Shown piece by piece: positions 49,818 to 58,314 of a DNA stretch of 64,000 nt. This stretch comes from Candidatus Eremiobacteraceae bacterium (GTDB taxonomy: Bacteria > Acidobacteriota > Terriglobia > Acidiferrales > UBA7541): NCBI GenBank assembly GCA_035622555.1, contig DASPVD010000105.1:115-64114 (forward strand), written 5' to 3'. Every line of letters starts with the position of its first letter. The stretch's first letter is position 1. A program made the translations under genes and the position numbers. The notes beneath the pieces were generated by a model. It did no database searches. It was not told the DNA's origin and saw nothing but the letters and a program-made list of their open reading frames with translations.

Positions 49818-51262
49818 CCACAATGAAGGCTCGGATGGCCGGGAACCCGGATCCCGTGGAGTGTTGGGACGAACTGCTGCGCCCGGTGGTGAAGAAGTCG
49901 CCGGAGTTCGCCAAGAACTTTCTGAAAGAAGTGCGCGCGGCAAAACTTACGTTTGGCGACCGCGTCCATTGCCCATTCCTGCGCCCGGTGTTCCTGTCAC
50001 CACAAGACGAGGAACGGATGCGCAAAGTGGCGGAAACGATCGCGACGATTGCGGAGCGACTGACCAACGCGGCGCTGGAAGACGGGTCACTTTTCGAACA
50101 GTTCCATCTACGGCCGGAGGAAGAGCGGCTGGCACGCATGAAAAGCGGCGCAGGGCCGGCAAGCACGGCGTCGCGACTGGACGCGTTCCTATTGCCGGAA
50201 TCGCTGAGATTCACGGAATACAACGGGGAATCGCCGGCGGGAGCGGGTTATTCGGAAACGCTCTCGGACATTTTCCGGGGGCTGGCCATCATGGAAGAGT
50301 TCAAGAAGCGATTCGAGGTACACAGCTACCCGCTGTCGGCGAAGTTGTTGGACGCGCTGATGAGCACGTACGTGGACTGGGGAGGGCAGGCGAAGCGGCC
50401 GCAAATCGCCATCGTGGATTGGAAAGAAGTGCCAACATGGAGCGAGTTCGAAATTCTGAAGGAGCGCTTCGAAAAGATGGGCATGCCGGTAGTGCTGGCG
50501 GATCCCCGGGAGTTGGAGTTCGACGGGAAGCAGCTGGCGGCACACGGAAAAACGATCGAGCTGTTGTACCGGCGGGTGCTGATCAACGACATCGTAGCCC
50601 GGCCGAAAGAATGCGAAGCGCTGGTCAAGGCGTACGAAGCCGGGGCGGTGTGCGTAGCCAATAATTTCCGGTGCAAAATTCCGCACGTGAAGGCGTTTTT
50701 CGCGGTGCTGACGGACGAGAAGAACACGCGGTATTTTTCCGACGGCGAGCGCAAATTGATTCAAAGGCATATTCCGTGGACGCGCGTCGTGGCGGACGTA
50801 AAAACGCAGTATGGGGGCGAGCCGGTGGAGTTACTGGAGTACATGCGGAGGAACCGCAAAAACCTGGTGATGAAGCCGAGCGACGAATATGGAGGCAAAG
50901 GAGTGACGCTGGGTTGGGAAGTGGAGAAAAACGAGTGGGACGGAGCGATCCAACAGGCGGTAGCGAATGGAAAAGGGGCAAAGGGCCAGGGGTGCTGGAT
51001 CGTCCAGGAACGGATCCCGATGCGGCGCGGGGTGTTTCCGTATATTGGCAAGGGAAACAAAGTCGAGTTTAAGAATATGCTGGTGGATTTCGCGCCGTAC
51101 CTGTTTCGCGGGAGAGTGGCGGGATATTTGACGCGACTGAGTACAACGAGCCTGGCAAATGTGACCAGCGGGGGAGGACAGATTCCGTCGTTCCGGGTGG
51201 AAGCGAAGCGGCCCGAGCGCGGAAGGAACCGCAGTGGGTCGAGGAAATTGGCGGGACATTAA
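49814..51262 (+). CDS. Circularly permuted ATP-grasp protein (GSP synthetase-like)
   Basis: SRLDAF, EYNGESPAG, LYRRVL, LVMKPSDEYGGKGVTLG, IVQER, RLS...NVTSGGG; ATGA overlap. Confidence 0.85.
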   Translation: MTTMKARMAGNPDPVECWDELLRPVVKKSPEFAKNFLKEVRAAKLTFGDRVHCPFLRPVFLSPQDEERMRKVAETIATIAERLTNAALEDGSLFEQFHLRPEEERLARMKSGAGPASTASRLDAFLLPESLRFTEYNGESPAGAGYSETLSDIFRGLAIMEEFKKRFEVHSYPLSAKLLDALMSTYVDWGGQAKRPQIAIVDWKEVPTWSEFEILKERFEKMGMPVVLADPRELEFDGKQLAAHGKTIELLYRRVLINDIVARPKECEALVKAYEAGAVCVANNFRCKIPHVKAFFAVLTDEKNTRYFSDGERKLIQRHIPWTRVVADVKTQYGGEPVELLEYMRRNRKNLVMKPSDEYGGKGVTLGWEVEKNEWDGAIQQAVANGKGAKGQGCWIVQERIPMRRGVFPYIGKGNKVEFKNMLVDFAPYLFRGRVAGYLTRLSTTSLANVTSGGGQIPSFRVEAKRPERGRNRSGSRKLAGH

Positions 51263-51281
51263 AATCCGGTAAAATAAAAAG

Positions 51282-52307
51282 ATGTACTTTGGAAGCGCAC
51301 CCAGCGAGTTGATGCCCGGCGCGAAAAACGCCGTGAACGTGTGCCTGGACGTGCAGGCGGGCGAGAAGGCGTTGATTATTGCGGACGAAGTGAGCCGGGA
51401 GGTGGCGGCCAGCATCGAGAGCGCCGTGAAGGAGCAGGGGGCGAGATTCACGGGCTTGTTGCTGGAAGATTTAGGCCCGCGACCAATGAATGGAGCGCCC
51501 GAGGCGGTGTTGCAGGCGCTGGAGAAAACGGACGTGGGGGTGCTGTGCGTGTCGCCGCAGCCGGGGGAATTGGCGGCGCGAATGGCCATCGTGCGAGTGG
51601 TGGAACGACGGCAGATTCGCTACGCACACATGATCGGGGTGACGGTGGAAATCATGCAGCAAGGGATGCGCGCCGATTACCGCAAGGTAGACGAATTGAG
51701 CGACCGGCTACGCGAGCGGATGGTGCGGGCGCAAACGCTAACGGTGAAGAGCAAGGCGGGAACGTCGTTTCACGCACGGTTCAACCCGAAACTGGATTGG
51801 GTGAAAACCAGCGGGTTAATCAGCCCGAGATACTGGTCGAACCTGCCTGCCGGGGAAGTGTTTACGACTCCGGCGAGCGTAGATGGCACGTTTGTTTGCG
51901 ATGCCACGGCGGGAGACTACTTCAACGGGAAGTATGGTGATTTGCAGGCCACGCCGCTCGTGATGAAGATTGAAGGTGGACGATTAGTGCAGGTGGAATG
52001 CCCACGGAAGGACTTGGAAGAAGAGTTTTGGAAGTATTGCCACACGGACGAGAACAGTGATCGAGTGGGGGAACTGGCGTTCGGGACGAATCTGGGGTTG
52101 TCGCGGATGATCGGAGTACTGCTGCAGGACGAGAAATTTCCGGGAGTGCATATTGCGTTCGGCGACCCCTATGGCAGCCAAACGCACGCGGATTGGAAAT
52201 CGCAGACGCACGTGGACGTGCTGACGCGCAATTGCGATGTGTGGATCGATAAAGACCAGGTGATCGAGAAGGGGCGGTATCAGCTGGAGCACCTGGGGCT
52301 GGCGTAG
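51282..52307 (+). CDS. M29-like (thermophilic metalloprotease) aminopeptidase
   Basis: NLPAGEVFT, VGELAFGTN, DEKFPGVHIAFG, THVD. Confidence 0.85.
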   Translation: MYFGSAPSELMPGAKNAVNVCLDVQAGEKALIIADEVSREVAASIESAVKEQGARFTGLLLEDLGPRPMNGAPEAVLQALEKTDVGVLCVSPQPGELAARMAIVRVVERRQIRYAHMIGVTVEIMQQGMRADYRKVDELSDRLRERMVRAQTLTVKSKAGTSFHARFNPKLDWVKTSGLISPRYWSNLPAGEVFTTPASVDGTFVCDATAGDYFNGKYGDLQATPLVMKIEGGRLVQVECPRKDLEEEFWKYCHTDENSDRVGELAFGTNLGLSRMIGVLLQDEKFPGVHIAFGDPYGSQTHADWKSQTHVDVLTRNCDVWIDKDQVIEKGRYQLEHLGLA

Positions 52308-52569
52308 CGGTTAGAATTCCTCAAAATTCGGAATCTGTAAGGGGATGTTATGAAACTCGGGGATCTTCTGGTCGCGCCCCAGACCGATACGTGTGAAATG
52401 GCGAGCTATAGCGGTTCCGAGTCGCTGCTGGCGGTAAGGCTGGGTCTGAGTGACAGGTCGTTTGCGTCTTGGGCGACGGGTCTTTCGAGCGGTTTTGCGG
52501 CGATCGTTGTAAGTTCACTCCTTCCGTAGGTTATCACGGCAACTTGCTCCGTCCGAATGCAGGAAATTA

Positions 52570-53298
52570 TCAGAACAGCCTGGAGAGGTATTCGCGCATT
52601 TCATTTTTCCAGAAGGGCCAGTCGTGGCCGCCTTGAGGACCCCAATCATCGAGGGAATGGCGGATCCCCTTACTGGAGAGGACCTGTGACAAGCGATAGG
52701 TTGGGCCGCTGTGCTCCCAAGGGCCGCAACCGGTGATCAGGTGAATATCGCAGGAAGGGAACTGCTGGTAATACCAAGGATCGGAAAGATTGGAGAGATA
52801 GTCGACGGGATTGTTGAAGTAGAAGTTGTTGTCGTACATGCCATCCATGAAATTCTTGAGGTCGTAGACACCGGACATGGCGAAGCAGCGTTTGAACACG
52901 TCGGGATGCTTGAAAAGCGAATTAGCGGCGTGGTAGGCGCCAAAGGACGAGCCCATAGTAGAGATCGCAATCTGGGACTGGCAATCGTTCCAGATAAAGG
53001 GGACGACTTCCTCGCGAAGGTAGGAATCGAAAACCGACTGAACATAGCTGCGGTGGAAGGGATGGGCGGCTTTGTTGTAGAAGCTGTGGCCGTTGACGGA
53101 ATTGACGGTGTACAGCTTGACGCGGCCGGCATCGATGAAATCGCCGAGCGCGCCGACCATGCTCTGGCCTTCGAGTTCCCACTCATCACCGGCACTGGTG
53201 GGAAAGCCCAGCAGAGGCGGGCCCCAGTGGCCATAGACCACAACGCCCAACTCGAAGCCCAGACGAGAGGAGTACCAGCGGTGATATTCGCGCTTCAT
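52570..53298 (-). CDS. Esterase-family alpha/beta hydrolase
   Basis: YGHWGPPLLGFPTS, GSSFGAYHA, MSGVYD, YFNNPVDY, GHDWPFW. Confidence 0.88.
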   Translation of the reverse strand: MKREYHRWYSSRLGFELGVVVYGHWGPPLLGFPTSAGDEWELEGQSMVGALGDFIDAGRVKLYTVNSVNGHSFYNKAAHPFHRSYVQSVFDSYLREEVVPFIWNDCQSQIAISTMGSSFGAYHAANSLFKHPDVFKRCFAMSGVYDLKNFMDGMYDNNFYFNNPVDYLSNLSDPWYYQQFPSCDIHLITGCGPWEHSGPTYRLSQVLSSKGIRHSLDDWGPQGGHDWPFWKNEMREYLSRLF

Positions 53299-53440
53299 GA
53301 AAGAAACCTTCCGATCCGCGGCACAGCAGTATGCCAGCAGAAATGCCCGAGGGGCAAACCAGTTTGCTGTAGATAACCGTGGCGGCTGCCTTTATAGTGA
53401 ATGATCCCAGGCCAATTCGCCAAAGGAGAGCCACGCGCTC

Positions 53441-54469
53441 ATGGCTACCACTTCGCCCTCGCGTCCGCCGTCACCGGAACATATTTTTCAGGCATTGCAC
53501 GCGCAGCACCAGACCGCCGCGCTGAAGGCGGCCATCGAGCTAGAGCTATTCACGGTGATCGATGAAGGCAATCACCACGTGGAAGAAATCGCCAAGCGGC
53601 TGAAAGCCTCGGAACGAGGCATCCGCATTCTGAGCGATTACCTGACCATTCAAGGCTTCCTGAGAAAAGAGGATGGGCGATACGCGTTGTCGGAAGATGC
53701 CGCGCTGTTCTTGAGCAAACGGTCGCCGCATTACATGGGCACGATTGTCGATTTTTTGACCAACGAGCAGCACATCCGGAATCTGGCGCGATTGAAGGAA
53801 TCGGTAAAGCGGGGAGGTACCGCGAGCGAGCAGGGCGACAATCGCGCGCCGAATGACGAACTGTGGGTGTCGTTCGCGCGATCGATGGCGCCCTTGATGG
53901 TGCCCACGGCGATTTTCATCGCGCAATTGGTAGGGGCGCAGGAAGCGCGGAATTTGCGCGTGCTGGACATCGCGGCGGGTCACGGCACATTCGGCATCAC
54001 CATCGCGCAACAGAACCCCAGAGCGCAGATCACGGCGGTGGATTGGCCGGCGGTGCTTGAGGTAGCCAAAGAAAATGCGGCCAAAGCGGGAGTGGCGAAT
54101 CGTTACACGGCGAGGCCGGGGAGCGCGTTCGAAGCAGAACTGGGCGATGGGTATGACGTTGTGCTGCTGACAAATATTTTTCACCATTTCGATCCGGAAA
54201 CCTGCGTGCAGCTGATGCGGCGGGTTCATCAAGCGCTGAAACCGGGGGGAAAAGCGGTGACGCTGGAGTTTGTGCCCAATGAAGATCGGGTGAGTCCGCC
54301 GGTGGAAGCGGCGTTCAGCTTGACGATGTTGATGGGGACCGATGCGGGCGATGCTTATACCTTCGCGGAGTACGAGAAGATGTTCCGTGAAGCGGGGTTT
54401 GGGCAGAGCAGGCTGCACAGGATACCGGGGATTGCGCAGGAAGTGTTGATCAGCGAAAAGGCGGGGTAG
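53441..54469 (+). CDS. O-methyltransferase with dimerisation domain
   Basis: LKAAIELELF, VLDIAAGHG, LLTNIFHHF, ALKPGG. Confidence 0.88.
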   Translation: MATTSPSRPPSPEHIFQALHAQHQTAALKAAIELELFTVIDEGNHHVEEIAKRLKASERGIRILSDYLTIQGFLRKEDGRYALSEDAALFLSKRSPHYMGTIVDFLTNEQHIRNLARLKESVKRGGTASEQGDNRAPNDELWVSFARSMAPLMVPTAIFIAQLVGAQEARNLRVLDIAAGHGTFGITIAQQNPRAQITAVDWPAVLEVAKENAAKAGVANRYTARPGSAFEAELGDGYDVVLLTNIFHHFDPETCVQLMRRVHQALKPGGKAVTLEFVPNEDRVSPPVEAAFSLTMLMGTDAGDAYTFAEYEKMFREAGFGQSRLHRIPGIAQEVLISEKAG

Positions 54470-54557
54470 AAGGCGTTGCGGGTGAGTCAACTATTTGGAG
54501 GTGGCAACTGAAAGAGAAACGGGCAGACTCGATCAAAAACGCAAAGGATGCGGCCAT

Positions 54558-55700
54558 CTAGTCGGGCAAAAAGATGCGCCGGTGACCGCCTAGTTGCGTT
54601 CCGCCTGAGGATTCTTCCAGCAACTCTTTGAGGTATTGCTGCCAAACAGCGGCATAGGTGTGCGTGCCGTGGCCGCGGGTCTGTTGGGAGACCGGCAGGA
54701 GAACGAATTTGCCGTTTTTCACGCGCTTGATTTGGCGTTCGGCGATCCCCAGTTCCGGTGGATTGATAAAATCGTCGGCGGAATTGACGAACATGACCGG
54801 AGCGCGGATGGATTCCAGGTTTGGCGAGGGGTCGTAATCGCGGGAGGCGCTGACAGCGTAAAGAAAATCGTTGGCGTCGAGTCCGGCGGTAATGCGCTGC
54901 ACGGTGTCGTCGAGATAGTGGTCGGCGTCGTCGCGGGTGGGCAGTTGTTGCTGCATGTAAAGGGGCGAGCTGGAGGCGATGAGCAGGAAATCGGCTGAGA
55001 TTTGCAGGCCGGCGCGAGGCTGGGTGGTGTAGTCGCCATGGTTCCACTGGGGATCCTGGCGAATGCCATCAATGATCATCTTGCGCCAGATGCGGTTGCG
55101 GCCGGCGATCTGCACGGGCAAGCACGCCAGGGGCATGAGGGCGTCCATGGAGTCCGGGTAGATTTCGCCCCACATCCAGGAGTGCATGCAACCCATCGAG
55201 GTGCCAAGAATCAAGCGCAGGTGATTGACGGCGAGGCCTTTCTCCAGCAGTTCGCGCTGCAAGGCGACCATGTCCGCGTAATCGTACTGGGGGAAGCGTG
55301 CATGCAAGCCATCGCTGGGCTTGCTGGACTTACCATGGCCGATGTTGTCGGGCAGGATGATGAAGTATTTGTTGGCGTCGAGCAACTGTCCGGGACCAAA
55401 CAGCACACCGGCGAAAATGGGGCGGAAGAAAGTGGTGGCGTTACCGCTGGTGCCATGCAAAATCAAAACCGCGTTGCTGGTCCGGCCACTGGAATCCTTG
55501 GCGGGTTTGCCCAAGGTGTAGTAATGAAGGCGGACTTCGGGAAGCGTCTCGCCCGACTGGAAGTGGAAGTCGTGGACCACATAATCACCTTCTTGCGGAG
55601 CGGGCCAGGACTGTGCGGTTTGCTGCGTCTCTTGAGCATATAGCGACGCGGCAATCAGACTTATGGCGAGGAAAACAAGTGTTCGCGAGCCTCGATTCAT
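54558..55700 (-). CDS. Secreted alpha/beta hydrolase (homoserine acetyltransferase-like)
   Basis: Signal peptide, LILHGT, PDNIGHGKSSKPSDG, GTSMG, NSADD, RGHGTH. Confidence 0.87.
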   Translation of the reverse strand: MNRGSRTLVFLAISLIAASLYAQETQQTAQSWPAPQEGDYVVHDFHFQSGETLPEVRLHYYTLGKPAKDSSGRTSNAVLILHGTSGNATTFFRPIFAGVLFGPGQLLDANKYFIILPDNIGHGKSSKPSDGLHARFPQYDYADMVALQRELLEKGLAVNHLRLILGTSMGCMHSWMWGEIYPDSMDALMPLACLPVQIAGRNRIWRKMIIDGIRQDPQWNHGDYTTQPRAGLQISADFLLIASSSPLYMQQQLPTRDDADHYLDDTVQRITAGLDANDFLYAVSASRDYDPSPNLESIRAPVMFVNSADDFINPPELGIAERQIKRVKNGKFVLLPVSQQTRGHGTHTYAAVWQQYLKELLEESSGGTQLGGHRRIFLPD

Positions 55701-55879
55701 AAATCCCCCAGCATGACGGGATGTTTCTGCAAGGGAGCGAGTCTAACACGGCTAACCGGCTTGGGCGGGAGTGGGGAAGAGTGCCGATTTGCAGGAGAAG
55801 CGAATGTAGGTAGGATAGGAGGGCAGCTTTGAGCGGATTTTCGGGGATTTCCGTGGATTACAAGCGGGGCGGTGAAGCC

Positions 55880-58144
55880 ATGACGCAAATCGAAAATGTA
55901 AGCCGACGTGGGTTTCTGAAAGGCGTGGTTAGCGCGGGAGCACTGGTGTTGGGAGCGCAGATCCTGCCGAAGCAGTTGCTAGGCGCGGCGATGGCGAGCA
56001 GCGACAATCCGATGACTAACGCGGCGCTACAGCCGAACGTGTACGTGGCCGTGGACACGGACGGCACAGTGTACATCGTGTGCCATCGTTCGGAGATGGG
56101 CAGCGGAAACCGCAGCGGGTTGCCGCGGATCGTGGCGGATGAGTTGGATGCGGACTGGAACCGGGTGAAGGTGGTGCAAGCGCCAGGCGACGCAAAATAC
56201 GGCGATCAGGATACCGACGGATCCCATTCGGTGGTGAGCTTCTTTGAGCCGTTGCGGGAAGCGGGAGCAGCGGCGCGATTGATGCTGGTGCGAGCAGCGG
56301 CGCAAAAATGGAGCGTGCCCGAAAAGGAGTGCGCGACGGAGTCGAGTTGCGTGATGCATAAGGGCAGCGGAAAAACACTGAGCTACGGCGAGTTGGCGGC
56401 GAGCGCGGCGAAATTGGAGGTGCCAAAAAAGGAAGAAGTGCGGCTAAAGACGCGTAGCCAGTGGCGGTACATCGGGAAATCGGCACCGACATACGATTTG
56501 AAGGATATGGTGACGGGGAAAGCCCGGTTTGGCCAGGATGCGCAGATGGAAGGCATGTTGTATGCGTCGGTGAAGCACTCGCCGGTGTATGGAGGCGCGG
56601 TGAAGAGCGTGGATGATTCCGCGGCGCTGAAGGTGCCGGGAGTGAAGCAGACCGCGACTATTGATGCGTTCAAGCCCCCGGTGAACATGCAAGCGTTGGG
56701 TGGGGTGGCGGTGATTGCGGACAACACCTATGCGGCGTTCCAAGGCAAGAAGAAGTTGAAGGTGCAGTGGACCGAGAGCGAGCATGCGGTGTGGAACTCC
56801 GGCGCGTTCCGAAAATATCTGGAAGAGACTGCGCGCAAACCGTGCAAAGTAGTCCGGGAAAACGGGAATGTGGACGAAGCGTTTGCCAAGGGAGGAAAGG
56901 TTGTAGAGGCGGAGTATTATGCGCCGATGCTGGCGCATGCGCCCATGGAGCCGCCGGCAGCGGTAGCGGTGTACCGGGATGGCAAAGTGGAGGCGTGGGT
57001 GCCGACACAGAGCCCGCAAGGCGCTCAAGAAGCAATAGCCGCAGCGGTGGGAGGAAAGAAAGAAGATGTGACGGTGCATGTGACGTTGCTGGGCGGGGCG
57101 TTCGGGCGAAAGTCATTTCCGGATTTCGCGGTAGAAGCGGCGGTGCTGTCGAAGAAAACCGGCAAACCGGTGAAAGTAGTGTGGACGCGGGAAGACGACA
57201 TTCAGTTCGACGCGTTCCACTCGGTGGCGGCGATGTACTTCAAAGCGTCGCTGGGAACCGATGGGAAACCAGCAGCATGGCTGCAACGCAGCGTGTTTCC
57301 GCCGATAGGCTCAACGTTTGATCCGGCGGCGCAATACGCGGATGCGGGCGAAATTGGACTGGGCTTTAGCGATGTGCCGTTCGCACTGCCCAATCACCGC
57401 GCGGAAAACGGAGCGGCGCCGGCCCACACGCGCATTGGCTGGCTGCGGTCGGTGGCGAATGTTTATCACGCGTATGGAGTGCACTCGTTCGCATGCGAAC
57501 TGGCGAACGCCGCGGGCAAGGACCCGGTGGAATATTTGCTGGCGCTGCTGGGACCCGACCGGATCGTGCCCAAGTCTGAGCTGGCCAAGGATTACACCAA
57601 CTACGATGAAGACTACGGGAAATATCCGATCGACATAGCGCGATTCCGGCGGGTGGTGCAGCTGGCGGCCGAAAAAAGCGGCTGGGGCAAACAGAAGATG
57701 GGGAACGGTTTCGGCATGGGGATCGCGGTGCACCGCAGTTTTTTGACGTACGTGGCGACCGTGGTGCAGACAGAGGTTAAGGATGGAAAAGTGACCATCC
57801 AGCGGGTGGACACGGCGGTGGATGCGGGCACTATCGTGAATCCAAACATCGTCAATCATCAACTGGAAGGCGCGGCGGTGATGGGAACGAGTATCGCGTT
57901 TTACGGCGAGATTACCGCGACCAATGGAGTGATTGACCAATCGAATTTCGATACGTATCCGGTGGCGCGAATCAACGCGACACCGCGCGAAACCAACATC
58001 TATATTGTGCAGAGCGACGCGCCGCCAGCAGGAATCGGCGAACCGGGATTGCCTCCGATAGCGCCGGCGATTTACAACGCGGTGTTTGCGGCGACGGGAA
58101 AACGGTATCGTGAGATGCCGCTGAGCAAAGCGGGGCTGACGTAG
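55880..58144 (+). CDS. Xanthine dehydrogenase family molybdopterin subunit (IorB-like), Tat-exported
   Basis: SRRGFLK, RSEMGSG, LAHAPMEP, LGGAFGRK, WLRSV, GIGEPGLPPIAPA. Confidence 0.92.
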   Translation: MTQIENVSRRGFLKGVVSAGALVLGAQILPKQLLGAAMASSDNPMTNAALQPNVYVAVDTDGTVYIVCHRSEMGSGNRSGLPRIVADELDADWNRVKVVQAPGDAKYGDQDTDGSHSVVSFFEPLREAGAAARLMLVRAAAQKWSVPEKECATESSCVMHKGSGKTLSYGELAASAAKLEVPKKEEVRLKTRSQWRYIGKSAPTYDLKDMVTGKARFGQDAQMEGMLYASVKHSPVYGGAVKSVDDSAALKVPGVKQTATIDAFKPPVNMQALGGVAVIADNTYAAFQGKKKLKVQWTESEHAVWNSGAFRKYLEETARKPCKVVRENGNVDEAFAKGGKVVEAEYYAPMLAHAPMEPPAAVAVYRDGKVEAWVPTQSPQGAQEAIAAAVGGKKEDVTVHVTLLGGAFGRKSFPDFAVEAAVLSKKTGKPVKVVWTREDDIQFDAFHSVAAMYFKASLGTDGKPAAWLQRSVFPPIGSTFDPAAQYADAGEIGLGFSDVPFALPNHRAENGAAPAHTRIGWLRSVANVYHAYGVHSFACELANAAGKDPVEYLLALLGPDRIVPKSELAKDYTNYDEDYGKYPIDIARFRRVVQLAAEKSGWGKQKMGNGFGMGIAVHRSFLTYVATVVQTEVKDGKVTIQRVDTAVDAGTIVNPNIVNHQLEGAAVMGTSIAFYGEITATNGVIDQSNFDTYPVARINATPRETNIYIVQSDAPPAGIGEPGLPPIAPAIYNAVFAATGKRYREMPLSKAGLT

Positions 58145-58176
58145 CGGGAAGTCCAACACTTTTGCACTAAGTGGTG

Positions 58177-58216
58177 GAGATCCTTCAGCCGCAAGAAGAG
58201 CGGCTTCCGGATGACA
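58177..58216. repeat. REP-like element variant
   Basis: GAGATCCTTC-hairpin(AGCCGC...GCGGCT)-TCCGGATGAC, same ends as the 5502/41585 family. Confidence 0.55.
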
Positions 58217-58253
58217 CGCGGTTATAGATCGAGAAATCCTTGGTTACTGAGAG

Positions 58254-58278
58254 GGCGCGGGCGGGCTGCGCCTTTTTT
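58254..58278 (+). terminator. Rho-independent terminator
   Basis: GGCGCGG-GCGGG-CTGCGCC-TTTTTT. Confidence 0.65.
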
Positions 58279-58314
58279 CATTTTGGCGTACGATGCGGGC
58301 GTGCGGAGGAAAGA

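Noticed and set aside
52348-52518. 56-codon minus-strand ORF downstream of the esterase
   Set aside because: Its GTG overlaps its own putative RBS and the product has no features
55836-55860. TTCGGGGA/TCCGTGGA enhancer-like words before the molybdoprotein gene
   Set aside because: Too close to the ATG and no sigma54 box
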